This document shows positions 1 through 9,614 of a stretch of DNA of 34,947 nucleotides, piece by piece. The position numbers and the translations under genes are program-made. How positions within the stretch are numbered: position 1 is the stretch's first letter; each line of letters begins with the position of its first letter. The stretch is from Candidatus Brocadiia bacterium (GTDB taxonomy: Bacteria; Planctomycetota; Brocadiia; SM23-32), in assembly GCA_046538485.1 (NCBI GenBank), contig JBKHIT010000055.1, positions 1 to 34,947 on the forward strand, written 5' to 3'. The notes beneath the pieces were generated by a model. That model did not search any database, had not been told where the DNA came from, and was given only the letters and a program-made list of their open reading frames with translations.

Positions 1-232
1 CCCCCGAAACCAGAAAGCTGGTTGCAAGGCCACGCACTTTACCGAATAGTTACATCTATATAGGGGTCGGACCACGTTATCTACATGCTGAGTAAGCGGT
101 TAGGACAAACCAGGGGTGCGTATGTGGCGTTAAAGCGGCTTTTTACCCCCTGAAAAATGGCGCTAAGGGGTGGTGGGGATTGCGCCAGAGGGTTGGGTTT
201 CGCTAAGATTGAGGCTGTTATGCCATGAGCCA

Positions 233-430
233 ATGCTCCCGAGGCGCACAAGCAGATACATACTGCCGGGTCACGCCTATCACCTGACCCACCGCTGCCA
301 CGACAGGGAGTTTCTGCTGCGATTCCAGAGGGATCGTGATACCTACAGAAAATGGTTGCGGGAAGGGATTGCCCGTCACGGGGTGGCGGTGCTGGGACAG
401 TGCATCACCTCCAACCACGTTCACCTGTGA
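233..430 (+). pseudogene. Truncated REP-associated tyrosine transposase (RAYT / Y1 HUH family), N-terminal part only
   Basis: MLPRRTSRYILPGHAYHLTHRCHDREFLLRF..DRDTYRKWL....HGVAVLGQCITSNHVHL matches the RAYT N-terminus (MPR..R...G..YH.T.R, then NHVHL HUH motif). TGA follows the HUH motif directly, and no frame downstream supplies a catalytic-Tyr half. Confidence 0.85.
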
Positions 431-663
431 TGGAGGATTTGAGAGTCCGAGATGCCGGATAGAACTTGAGCCGACCGGTGATATGGGAGAGGATAGTTGG
501 CGTGCCAGGGAAGTTTCGGGCATCGCATTTGAATCCGGGGAAGTAGAAAAAGATACGCAATCCTTGGACGCTTGCTCAAGAATGACGTCCAGATTCAAGG
601 AACTCATCACAAAGTTCAAAAAACCGGGCTGAAACGACAGAATTCTCATGAAAAGCAAAGGCC

Positions 664-2574
664 ATGGGCCGCCTTACTGAAAAACTCAATGAACTGATCG
701 GATTTCCAGAGAATATCATCGAATCCGGATCCGGATTCAAAATCGGAGATGAAACGTGCCATTTCGCCCGGGTTGCTGGGGACGAAAACAGCCAGACGTA
801 CGCGGACCGAGATAGTGCGCTTCAGGTGTACCGCGAAACGAAGATTCTGGACCACGCCGTCGTCATAGCCAGTCGCCTGGAAAACACAGGGTCGGGCCGG
901 CTCTCAAATATAAATATCCTCGATCCTTTGCATCTCGTCTTCTCCCAACCGTCAGGCCAGTGGCGTCACATCCACGCTCACGGCGGCACCACCGAATCCT
1001 ACTACCCTCCCCTTGCATATCAGACTCGCGAATCCACGGATGTACGGGGGACGTTTCGTATCGAAAGCCATCCGCGCGGACGTTCTTCGAATCTCCACCT
1101 TCCTTTTCTTATTTCGCTCTTCAACACAGATGCGCAAAGTGAAGGACTATTCTGCGGATTGGAATGGTCAGGCACCTGGCACATGACATTCGCTCAGGTC
1201 GACGAAACACACAGCTCCCTGAGCGCGGGGATAAAAGTGTCGAATTTGGAACTGGAATCGGGAGAAATGCTGGAACTTCCGAAAGTGCATCTTGGTTTTT
1301 TCCAGGGTGGACCGGAAGCGGCGACGAATGCACTGCGCCGCTATCTTTACGAACACGCCTGCGCCTCCTACCAGGGCAAACCCTTGCAGCCCCATGTCAG
1401 TTACGACCACTGGTTTGGGATTCGCAACGAACTCAATTTCGACAAACTGAAGCATCAGGCTGACCGTGCCGCTGAACTTGGCATCGAAATTTTTGTCGTC
1501 GATGCATCCTGGTTCCCCGGCGATTTCCCGAACGGCGTGGGAAACTGGAACGAGATTGACCGTGAAAAATTTCCAGATGGACTCCAGCCGCTTGCGGAGT
1601 ACGTTCGAACTCTGGGGATGGATTTCGGCATGTGGTTCGAGATTGAACGCGCCCACGAAGGCACCTGGGCGCTCGAAGAATATCCCGAACTGTTCATATC
1701 TCCTCCCGAGAGCTATCCATCCCGCAAGAATGCCCACCTGAACCTGGCACGACAAGACGCCCAGGATTGGGCAATCGAAACTGTCGGCAACTGGATCGAG
1801 AAACTTGACCTGAGATGGAGCCGGTGGGACTACAACATCGAGCCGCAACCCTACTGGGATGCCGTGGACCCAACCGGCAAGATTCAATGTCGTTACATGG
1901 AAGGCCTGTACCGAGTGCTGGATACGCTGATGTCAAAATATCCAACATGGATGGTGGAAGGCTGCTCAAGTGGGGGGCGAAGGATCGACATCGGGACGAT
2001 GAAACGCGCTCATACTTACTGGTTCTCCGACCAATCCCGTATACCCTCCGTATGCCGTTACATGCAGGCGCGGGCCAATCGTTTCCTTCCCGGCCATCTT
2101 CTCAACAGCAGCGTGGCGGTCGCTTCAGGAAACGGCGACAGCGGATTCAACGACACCTCGGTGTTGAGTCGAATGCTCGGCAAACTGGCCTTTGACGGAG
2201 ATATCGCATCCTGGTCCGCTAAGCTTACCGATCGCATGGCAAAATGGGCGGGCGTCTTCAAAGATATCCGCCATCTCTTCGTTCAGGATTTCTATCAGCT
2301 CCTCCCCATTCCCACTACGGCTGAGGACTGGGACGCGGTTCAGTTCGTCGCATATCCGGGCAACGAATCCGCTGTCTTTGCATTCTCACGATGCAACGGC
2401 GGATGCTTGCGCCTTCCACTCAGGGGTCTCGATCAAAACTCGGCGTACAGAGTATCCCGGGCTCCGGATGGGGCCGTTGAAACTTATTCTGGTGCCGATC
2501 TCCTCGAAAGCGGTCTCGAAATCGAATTGCCCGAGGAATCGGCGGGATTGTGGAAAATTGACGTAGTTCAGTAG
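664..2574 (+). CDS. Glycoside hydrolase family 36 (alpha-galactosidase-like)
   Basis: 636 aa. Motifs LEWSGTW, YDHWF, AAELGIEIFVVDASWF, GNW..DREKFPDGL..LAEYV..LGMDFGMWFEIE, RWDYN (nucleophile Asp), EGCSSGGRRID, WFSD (acid/base Asp), and C-terminal LRGLD...YSGADLLESGL. Confidence 0.9.
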   Translation: MGRLTEKLNELIGFPENIIESGSGFKIGDETCHFARVAGDENSQTYADRDSALQVYRETKILDHAVVIASRLENTGSGRLSNINILDPLHLVFSQPSGQWRHIHAHGGTTESYYPPLAYQTRESTDVRGTFRIESHPRGRSSNLHLPFLISLFNTDAQSEGLFCGLEWSGTWHMTFAQVDETHSSLSAGIKVSNLELESGEMLELPKVHLGFFQGGPEAATNALRRYLYEHACASYQGKPLQPHVSYDHWFGIRNELNFDKLKHQADRAAELGIEIFVVDASWFPGDFPNGVGNWNEIDREKFPDGLQPLAEYVRTLGMDFGMWFEIERAHEGTWALEEYPELFISPPESYPSRKNAHLNLARQDAQDWAIETVGNWIEKLDLRWSRWDYNIEPQPYWDAVDPTGKIQCRYMEGLYRVLDTLMSKYPTWMVEGCSSGGRRIDIGTMKRAHTYWFSDQSRIPSVCRYMQARANRFLPGHLLNSSVAVASGNGDSGFNDTSVLSRMLGKLAFDGDIASWSAKLTDRMAKWAGVFKDIRHLFVQDFYQLLPIPTTAEDWDAVQFVAYPGNESAVFAFSRCNGGCLRLPLRGLDQNSAYRVSRAPDGAVETYSGADLLESGLEIELPEESAGLWKIDVVQ

Positions 2575-2606
2575 CCCGTTCAATTTCCGCTCTGAGCGCA
2601 AGCTAC
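2571..2606. repeat. Short GTAGC...GCTAC-bounded palindrome (REP-like or terminator-like) overlapping the GH36 stop codon
   Basis: GTAGC(2571-2575)...GCTAC(2602-2606) ends with an inner CGCTC-T-GAGCG inverted repeat. Lies between convergent genes. Confidence 0.35.
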
Positions 2607-2739
2607 AGGTTATTCGCCTTCAATTCTTCGGTGAGCTTTGCCGTTATTCGGGAAAGGTGGGTTTTGCGCCCATTGTCTGGCTTTCTTCACGCGCGATTCC
2701 GGCACCGACTTCCTTCCATCTCCCCCAGCGAAAAATCAA

Positions 2740-3030
2740 CTACGTAACCATTTCTACAGGCAGGACAAAAGCTTTGACGCCCTGATGGTGGAACTCTTCG
2801 CGCAGATGCCGGACCCCTTCGATGAGTCCATTCACCACGTCATCCTCGACGACGATGGCCAGCACGTTGTTTTGTTTTGGCCACACGTGTGTTCCCAGAT
2901 GCGGCCCGCTGCCCTCCCCTTTGCCCAATACTTTCGTCCACTTGGTGTAGGTTTCCACGCCTGCGTCGGACAGAACTCCCATCACTTCATCGTCCAGCGC
3001 CTCGTTATAGGCAATCAGTAGAAGTTTCAT
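2740..3030 (-). CDS. P-II superfamily small protein, PG0541-like transporter-associated family
   Basis: 96 aa from ATG 3030: MKLLLIAYNEALDDEV...YTKWTKVLGKG..SGPHLGTHVWP..NN......GVKAFVLPVE. P-II-like pattern; last gene of the RND operon. Confidence 0.75.
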   Translation of the reverse strand: MKLLLIAYNEALDDEVMGVLSDAGVETYTKWTKVLGKGEGSGPHLGTHVWPKQNNVLAIVVEDDVVNGLIEGVRHLREEFHHQGVKAFVLPVEMVT

Positions 3031-3055
3031 TTTCCATTTCCACAATATCAAAAGG

Positions 3056-6000
3056 TTATGCTTCTGCCGAATGACCTCGATCGAGGATTGAATACATTAC
3101 GGGCACAATCACCAGTGTCACCAGCGTGGCGACGAGCAGCCCCCCGAGGATCGTGACACCCAGGGGATTCCAGACTTCAGAGCCCTGTCCTTTCCCGAAA
3201 GCCATGGGGACAAGTGCCAGAACCGTTGTGAACGCTGTCATCAAAACGGGACGCAGACGTCTTTCCCCGCTCCGGCGGATGGCCTCTGTCATCGAGAGGC
3301 CCCGCGCCCGAAGAATGTTGATGTAATCCACAAGGACGATGGCATTGTTGACCACCACGCCGATCAGCAGCAGCATACCCAGAAAGACGATAACATTTAA
3401 GCTATGACCGAAGACAAATAGTCCCCATACGACTCCGACAAAGGCAAACGGCAGGGCAAACATGACCACGAAAGGATGCAGCAAAGACTCGAACTGCGAG
3501 GCCATAACCATGTAGACAAGCACCACTCCGATTCCCAGCGCGAGAGTCAACCAGAAAAAAGATTCGCTGATATCTTCGCTCTGGCCGCCCATCCGGATTT
3601 CCATCCCAGTGGGAATCTTCAGCTCCGAGATTATCTTTCGCGTCTCCGCTATCACTTTACCCAGGGAACGCCCATGCACATCGCCCTCGACCCGGACGAC
3701 TCGCACCTGATCTTTACGTTCGATTTCAACTGGGCCACGTTCGAAGGTCACATCCGCAATATTCTCGACTCTGATCAGCTCGCCGCTCGGTAATCTCACC
3801 GGCAGTTTTTCGAGATCGTCGGGCCGGGATCGGTCCTCTTTTCTCAGACGCACGAAGATATCATATTCATCGCCCGCCACCCGGTATTTGCTCGCAACCC
3901 GCCCGTAGATGCTGGCCCGAACGGTGTTGGCAACATCCGAAACGTTAAGTCCCATCGAGGATGCTTTTGCCCGATCCACATTGACCCATAACTCGGGGGC
4001 ACCTTTTTCACGCGAGATGCTAATATCCACGGCTCCGGGAATATTTTTAACTTTTTTCTTGATTTCTGCTGCCAGACGGTCGGTAGCTTCCATATCATCA
4101 CCGCGGATATTCACACTCAGCGGTTTCTCCCCACCGGCCATCATGCCGGACATAGGATCCTGCAGGGTAATCGAGAACTTCTCGATCGCATAGATGCCCT
4201 GAATCTGCTTAATCCGCTCGCGCAGTTCTTCGCCTTTTTCAAAAACCGTCCAGTCGCGCTCGTCTTTAGAAGAAACTTTCACACCAAAGCTGCCGACGTA
4301 GTCACCGGAATCACTCGCCCCGGGGCCTCGCCCTTCTCCAGAACCGCACTCAGTAAATGTAGCACGCAGATCGTTGGGGGGGATCTCTTCTTCAATTATG
4401 CGGTTAATCTCTTGCATTACTTCCGCCGTCTTCTCAACGCGCGTCCCAACGGGGAGTTTTATCGTTCCCCGAATCAGAGATCTGTCTTCGCTGGGCGTAA
4501 ACTCCCAGCCGATCCGAGGCACAAGTCCGAGGCTGACTCCCATAAGCAAAACGGCAGCAAATATTACGATGGCCCGGTGGCGAAGCGCCCGGCCTAACAG
4601 CGCGCTATAGCCGTCCCTCAATCGGTTGAAAACAGCTTCGCTGAGTTGGAAAAGACGGCTTTTTCTCTCGCTGGCAACAAATTTCTCGGGCAACAAACGC
4701 GACGCCAGCATCGGGGTAAGGGTCAACGCTGAGAAAAGGGAGGCAAGCAAAATCATCCCGGCCACCGCTGCAAAAGGCGTGAAAAGCACCCGCACAATCC
4801 CGCGCACAAATAACAGGGGGAATAATATACACAGCGTCGTAAGCGTAGAGGCGGTGATGGCCATTGCTACCTCGGAGGCCCCGTAAACCGCTCCCTCGCA
4901 GGGACTCTCTCCTTGCTCCCGATGTCGTGTGATATTCTCAAGAATTACTATCGCATTATCCACCACCATCCCGATGGCCACGATGAACGCAAAAAGCGTT
5001 ATCATATTGATCGTATAGTCCAGCATATACATCAGGGCGCCGGCCAGGATAAGAGAAAATGGGATGGCCAGTCCGATAACAAACGTTCCGCGTAATTGAC
5101 GGAGGAAAACGAGCACAACAAGCATTGCCAGCGCGCCGCCTATCAGGAGTGTTCGCAATAGATCCGAAACGACACGTTCGATGTCTTCGGAACTATCCAT
5201 CACATTGCTGATCTCAATATCAGCCGGTAGCTTACTGGTTAATTTCGGCATGAGGTCCCTGACCGCCCGGGCAACCGTCACGGTGTTCGCATCGGACTGT
5301 TTACTGACGAACATAATCGCACCGCGGCCTCCGTTTATCGTGATATGGCGTTGCACTTCTTCAAAGCCATCGCTCACCTCTCCAACATCTTCTAAGCGCA
5401 CAATTCTGTTGCCGTCAACAGCCGTCAGGACGATGTCATTCATCGGTTTAACCGACTCGAATTCACCGGGCACACGCGGCAGATAATCGGTGTACCCAGT
5501 CTCAATACTTCCTGCAGACATTTCCTGGTTCTCCATAGCAATGGCCCGCACAACGTCGTCGGGGGTAAGGTTGTAAGATGCAAGCCTTTCCCTGTTAAGA
5601 TCCACGTTGACCTGACGCTGCAGTGGGACCATAACTGTCACGGCCGCCACCCCGGGAATGCTTTCCAGCCGGTTCGCTACCCCCTCATCAAGTATATCTT
5701 CAAGATCTTCATAAGACTCTGTCGCCCGAATGCCAAAAACCATAATTGGAAACTGGCTGATATCGAACTTGTAAATTCTGGAATTGTCCGCCTCCTCTGG
5801 AAGCCTCCTTTGCACAAAATCAATGGCATCACGGATATCATTCGCGCGGCCTTCCAGATCCGTGCCCCAGCCGAAATTGAGGCGGATAGTCGACACACCC
5901 TTGCTGGAAGTAGAAAAAACGTGTTCCACATCTTCGACTGTCGAGAGAACTTCTTCGAGGGGTTGAGTTACCTTATCCTCAATATCCCGTGGGCCCGCCC

Positions 6001-6157
6001 CTTCGTAGGGAGTCATAACCGTAATCGAAGGGATATCCATCTCTGGGAACAGATCAATGGGCGTCTGCACCAGACAGAATGTGCCCACCAGCACGACCGC
6101 AAAGAATATCATCAGCGTCGTGATGCCCCGCTTTACTGAAAATTCCGGAAGGTTCAC
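3056..6157 (-). CDS. RND efflux transporter permease (AcrB/AcrD/AcrF family)
   Basis: 1033 aa. PIDLFPEMD.P, GMVVDNAIVILENI, STLTT...FP, LTLTPML, QFESLLHPF, GVVVNNAIVLVD, RLRPVLMTAFTT. The GTG start overlaps the MFP stop. Confidence 0.95.
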   Translation of the reverse strand: MNLPEFSVKRGITTLMIFFAVVLVGTFCLVQTPIDLFPEMDIPSITVMTPYEGAGPRDIEDKVTQPLEEVLSTVEDVEHVFSTSSKGVSTIRLNFGWGTDLEGRANDIRDAIDFVQRRLPEEADNSRIYKFDISQFPIMVFGIRATESYEDLEDILDEGVANRLESIPGVAAVTVMVPLQRQVNVDLNRERLASYNLTPDDVVRAIAMENQEMSAGSIETGYTDYLPRVPGEFESVKPMNDIVLTAVDGNRIVRLEDVGEVSDGFEEVQRHITINGGRGAIMFVSKQSDANTVTVARAVRDLMPKLTSKLPADIEISNVMDSSEDIERVVSDLLRTLLIGGALAMLVVLVFLRQLRGTFVIGLAIPFSLILAGALMYMLDYTINMITLFAFIVAIGMVVDNAIVILENITRHREQGESPCEGAVYGASEVAMAITASTLTTLCILFPLLFVRGIVRVLFTPFAAVAGMILLASLFSALTLTPMLASRLLPEKFVASERKSRLFQLSEAVFNRLRDGYSALLGRALRHRAIVIFAAVLLMGVSLGLVPRIGWEFTPSEDRSLIRGTIKLPVGTRVEKTAEVMQEINRIIEEEIPPNDLRATFTECGSGEGRGPGASDSGDYVGSFGVKVSSKDERDWTVFEKGEELRERIKQIQGIYAIEKFSITLQDPMSGMMAGGEKPLSVNIRGDDMEATDRLAAEIKKKVKNIPGAVDISISREKGAPELWVNVDRAKASSMGLNVSDVANTVRASIYGRVASKYRVAGDEYDIFVRLRKEDRSRPDDLEKLPVRLPSGELIRVENIADVTFERGPVEIERKDQVRVVRVEGDVHGRSLGKVIAETRKIISELKIPTGMEIRMGGQSEDISESFFWLTLALGIGVVLVYMVMASQFESLLHPFVVMFALPFAFVGVVWGLFVFGHSLNVIVFLGMLLLIGVVVNNAIVLVDYINILRARGLSMTEAIRRSGERRLRPVLMTAFTTVLALVPMAFGKGQGSEVWNPLGVTILGGLLVATLVTLVIVPVMYSILDRGHSAEA

Positions 6158-7419
6158 TCTTCGTTCTCCTCAATACGTACTTTCATGCCATCTTCCAGAA
6201 GGTGGTGGCCCCGGATCACAACCATGTCTCCCGGGGTCAGCCCCCCCAGCACTTCGTTGAGATTCGCTTGTTTCATGCCCGTGCGAACATCTCGGATGTG
6301 AACTGTCATGTCATTCACAACAAAAGCCTTTAAGTCATCGTCGGATTGCACGAGAGCAACATCGGGGACAACGGGGACATTTCGCTTTTGTTTTACAACC
6401 AGTTCCATCCTCGCAAACATTCCCGGCTTGAGCTCTTTCCCGGAATTGCGCACGCGCACGGTTACTTTCGCAGTTCGTGTTCGCGGATCCAGTTCCGGTT
6501 GCACACGATCGACCTTCCCCGGGAATTCTTTCTCCGGATAGGCGCTGGCCCATACGAGCGCGGGAGTTTTCCCCGGTTGCAGCAGAGAGAAATATTTCCC
6601 GGCCACCGCCCCCCTGACCTCGACATAGTCGATTTTTATGATTTTGAGGAGCGGTGTCGACGGATTCACGTTGCTTCCCTCATCCACGTATTTCTCGCTT
6701 ATCACCCCACTCATAGGTGCTTCAATCGTCGCGTCCTCGTAGCGCACACGTGCTCTTGTCAAAGTAGCCTTTGCTCGTTTAACCGCCGCTTTTGCCGATT
6801 TTACCGCCGCCTTTGCCTGTTCTACATTATCGTGGGCTACTTTTAGCCTTGCCTGTGCAGTGTGATAGGTGGTGAGCGCCTTGTCGCGCTGCTGCTGCGT
6901 TGCCGTTCCTTCCTCGTAAAGAGCGACGGCGCGCTTTTTTTCCCTCTCAGCGTCTGCGAGCCCTATCTCTGCTTCCCGTACCGTAGATCTGGCCACATCG
7001 AGGCTGGCCCTGGTCTGTTCGAGCCCGGCCATGCCTTGCTCAACATTGGCTTTGACCTCTTCAAGCGCCGCTTTCAGGTCTTCATGTTCAACCACCCCGA
7101 TAAGGTCGCCCGACTTCACCTCAAGACCTTCTTCGATGAGAGTTCCATCGGCGAGTCGGAATTTTTCCAGAACTCCTGCGACTTCCGGCATCACCCTTAC
7201 CTGTGCGTCAGGGTGGATGGTGCCGGTAACAAAGGCCCGCTGCTCCAGCGTTCCGGTTTTGATCCTGGTAACACGCACGAGCGGTGGTTCTTTACTCTGT
7301 TTAGTTACTTCTTGAGTTTGTTCTTCCCCGGGCTGCATATACTCGTAATATCTGGCAAGGCCAAAGCCAGCCAATGCAATGATAAGGATTCCAACGAGTG
7401 CTTTAATCGCTTTTTTCAA
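6154..7419 (-). CDS. RND efflux periplasmic adaptor (membrane fusion protein)
   Basis: N-terminal TM anchor, long coiled-coil hairpin, TIEAPMSGVI, LDPRTRT, LKPGMFARM, GLTPGDMVVIRG. AAGGAG upstream of a TTG start. Confidence 0.95.
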   Translation of the reverse strand: MKKAIKALVGILIIALAGFGLARYYEYMQPGEEQTQEVTKQSKEPPLVRVTRIKTGTLEQRAFVTGTIHPDAQVRVMPEVAGVLEKFRLADGTLIEEGLEVKSGDLIGVVEHEDLKAALEEVKANVEQGMAGLEQTRASLDVARSTVREAEIGLADAEREKKRAVALYEEGTATQQQRDKALTTYHTAQARLKVAHDNVEQAKAAVKSAKAAVKRAKATLTRARVRYEDATIEAPMSGVISEKYVDEGSNVNPSTPLLKIIKIDYVEVRGAVAGKYFSLLQPGKTPALVWASAYPEKEFPGKVDRVQPELDPRTRTAKVTVRVRNSGKELKPGMFARMELVVKQKRNVPVVPDVALVQSDDDLKAFVVNDMTVHIRDVRTGMKQANLNEVLGGLTPGDMVVIRGHHLLEDGMKVRIEENEE

Positions 7420-7432
7420 TTTTGCATTCTCC

Positions 7433-8950
7433 TTATTGTTCCGCCCCGTCGCTTTTTTCCTCTATCCGGGGATCTATCTTCATAATTTGCTCGGGACCGA
7501 CGCTTTCTTCTGGTTCTTTTGTGTTCCCCGGGGGCGGCCCAAGAATACCTTTGGCTTTCTGGAGAACTATTCTGGCGATGGTATGGCGGTGGAGAGCCTG
7601 ATAATACAGCCCCCGCGCTCTGGTCAACGCGGCTCGGCCATCCAGCACTTCAACTTCCGTATTAACGCCTTGTTTATAACCCGCCTGAACCAATTCGAGA
7701 GCCCGATCGGCGCGCTCAAGATTGAGCTCCTGCGATTCCACCAGTTTGCGGGCGTTCTGAAGTTCCAACATAGCTTCTCGGACCTCTTCTATAGCCTGCT
7801 CCTCGGCATCCGAGAGAAGTATCTGATTCTGCCTGAGCAAAGCTTTTTGCTCGATGATACGGCCTTCACGGGCCATACCGTCAAAAAGCGGCCAGTTCAA
7901 CTCAACTCCCGCCTGCCACTGGTCTCCCCATTCAATACGATTCGACTCGTGGGGATCGGGTTTTGACCAGAGATTCCAGAAATAAGCCTGAATCCGGGGC
8001 CAGTAACGGCTGCGAGCTTCTTTCAGTTGTTCTCTCTGAAGATCCAGACTCAGTTCCGACTGGTAAATGTCGGGGCGGTTGGCAAATGCTTCCTCCACTG
8101 ACTCGGCAAAATCAGGCGAAACAGGGACAAACTTCATGTCGGTAATCAGTTTAACCTGGCTGCGCTGGGACGCTCCCATCATTCTCATGAGTCTCGTTAC
8201 AGCTTTGTCACGCGCATTACGTTGTTCGATCAGATCAGCCCGAATATTCGAGACGTCGACACGCGCCCGAAGCACATCGTACTCGGTGGCGGTTCCGTGT
8301 TCGAAACGCGATTTGACATCGCTCAGATGCTGTTGGGCCGATTGAAGCGCGGCCTCCTGCACTTTGATCAGGTGTTGGGCCAGTCTGGCGTCGAAATAAG
8401 CCTTAGTCCCACCAAAAACCGCCTCCTCTATGCTCCGACGAACATTCTCATCGCTTAAATACGAATATATTTGGGCTGCTCTCTGGGCAATCGCCATCGA
8501 ACCGCCCTTGTAGAGCGGCTGACTGATCTCCACCCGGCACGAATAATTGTCTTCGTCCCCCATTTCAATAGTGTCCACACCAACGTCAAGCGTGGGAACC
8601 TCGTCCAACCGGGTATAACCCGCGCTCAGATTGAGTTTAGGCAGCGCTTCAGAATACGCCGCAACCGTACGTCCTCTCGCTCTTTCCTTCTCCTGAAGGA
8701 CGGCCTGGATTTGCGTGTTGTAGGCCAAGGTAATATTGACAGCATCCCGCAGGCTGAGCACGCCTTCCAGACGCGGTTTTTCCAAACCCGAGCGCTTCCG
8801 TCTCTCACGCCAATCCTCGAAAGATCTCATGCGGCGGCGATGGATATCGCCGAAATATTGCTCTCTGGAAGGAACACATCCGGTGCCCATTAGAACCATG
8901 AGCGTCATCACTACCATCAAAATTAAGCTGAGTTTTTTACAACCAGTCAT
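7433..8950 (-). CDS. TolC-family outer-membrane efflux lipoprotein
   Basis: Start moved to ATG 8950, which overlaps the TetR stop (TGATG). Signal peptide with lipobox MGTG-C. OEP repeats: ALPKLNLSAGY, SQPLYKGG, YWPRI, LNWPLFDG, YKQG.NTEVEVLD. Confidence 0.92.
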   Translation of the reverse strand: MTGCKKLSLILMVVMTLMVLMGTGCVPSREQYFGDIHRRRMRSFEDWRERRKRSGLEKPRLEGVLSLRDAVNITLAYNTQIQAVLQEKERARGRTVAAYSEALPKLNLSAGYTRLDEVPTLDVGVDTIEMGDEDNYSCRVEISQPLYKGGSMAIAQRAAQIYSYLSDENVRRSIEEAVFGGTKAYFDARLAQHLIKVQEAALQSAQQHLSDVKSRFEHGTATEYDVLRARVDVSNIRADLIEQRNARDKAVTRLMRMMGASQRSQVKLITDMKFVPVSPDFAESVEEAFANRPDIYQSELSLDLQREQLKEARSRYWPRIQAYFWNLWSKPDPHESNRIEWGDQWQAGVELNWPLFDGMAREGRIIEQKALLRQNQILLSDAEEQAIEEVREAMLELQNARKLVESQELNLERADRALELVQAGYKQGVNTEVEVLDGRAALTRARGLYYQALHRHTIARIVLQKAKGILGPPPGNTKEPEESVGPEQIMKIDPRIEEKSDGAEQ

Positions 8951-9588
8951 CAGTTGGCCTCCTTCGCAAAAAGCCCGCGGAAAAGTATCTCTTCTATGAT
9001 TTCGGGATCCACAGACTCCAGTTTGGCCTCTCCAGTTTGGACCCATCGGCCGATTATTGCGTTGGTCAACCCCTCTAAGGCCAGAACCGCCAGCGATGGA
9101 TCGATATCTCCGAAAACCCCCTCGCGAGTCCCGGCAGCGAATATTTCTATCAGTTTGTTCTGATACTCCTCATACATGCCCATACTTTCAGCACTTAAAA
9201 CACCGAAGGACTCGTTCTCTGAACCGTCACCGAAACTGGAAAAAATGCGGAAAAACTGTCTGTATTCGTCGAAAAATTCCAGCTTGTAGCGAATCACTGC
9301 CCGACACTTGTCCAGCGGACCCGTCTTTCTTGCCATACGCGCCGTCGCCTCCTGGCAATACTCCTCTACGCGGGAATTAACAAGCTGACGGTAGAGATCT
9401 TCTTTACTATCAAACATATTATAAAGAGAGCCCACACTGAATTCCGCAGCGTCGGCGATCTCCTGCATGCTCGTGGCATAGTAACCGTTGCGGGAGAAAA
9501 GCTCCTCAGCCGCCTCCAGCATGAGGCTCCGATGCCAGAGCCGCTCACGCTCCTTCCGACTCAGTTCCTCATCCGGTTCTTGATTCAT
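8950..9588 (-). CDS. TetR/AcrR family transcriptional regulator
   Basis: LEAAEELFSRNGYYATSMQEIADAAEFSVGSLYNMFDSKEDLY HTH. GAGGA RBS upstream of ATG 9588 (ATG 9594 is the alternative). First gene of the efflux operon. Confidence 0.95.
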   Translation of the reverse strand: MNQEPDEELSRKERERLWHRSLMLEAAEELFSRNGYYATSMQEIADAAEFSVGSLYNMFDSKEDLYRQLVNSRVEEYCQEATARMARKTGPLDKCRAVIRYKLEFFDEYRQFFRIFSSFGDGSENESFGVLSAESMGMYEEYQNKLIEIFAAGTREGVFGDIDPSLAVLALEGLTNAIIGRWVQTGEAKLESVDPEIIEEILFRGLFAKEAN

Positions 9589-9614
9589 AGCCATTTCCTC
9601 AGGTCTCTGGATAG

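Noticed and set aside
428..430. Possible TGA readthrough (selenocysteine) or simple frameshift in the RAYT
   Set aside because: Another in-frame TGA follows four codons later, and the other frames do not restore a transposase catalytic half.
8951..9046. N-terminal extension of TolC in the ORF track (also long starts given for TetR, DegT, xseB, VorB, ferredoxin and the dehydrogenase)
   Set aside because: The extensions overlap neighbouring genes or regulatory DNA. Downstream starts have RBSs or stop/start coupling and match family N-termini.
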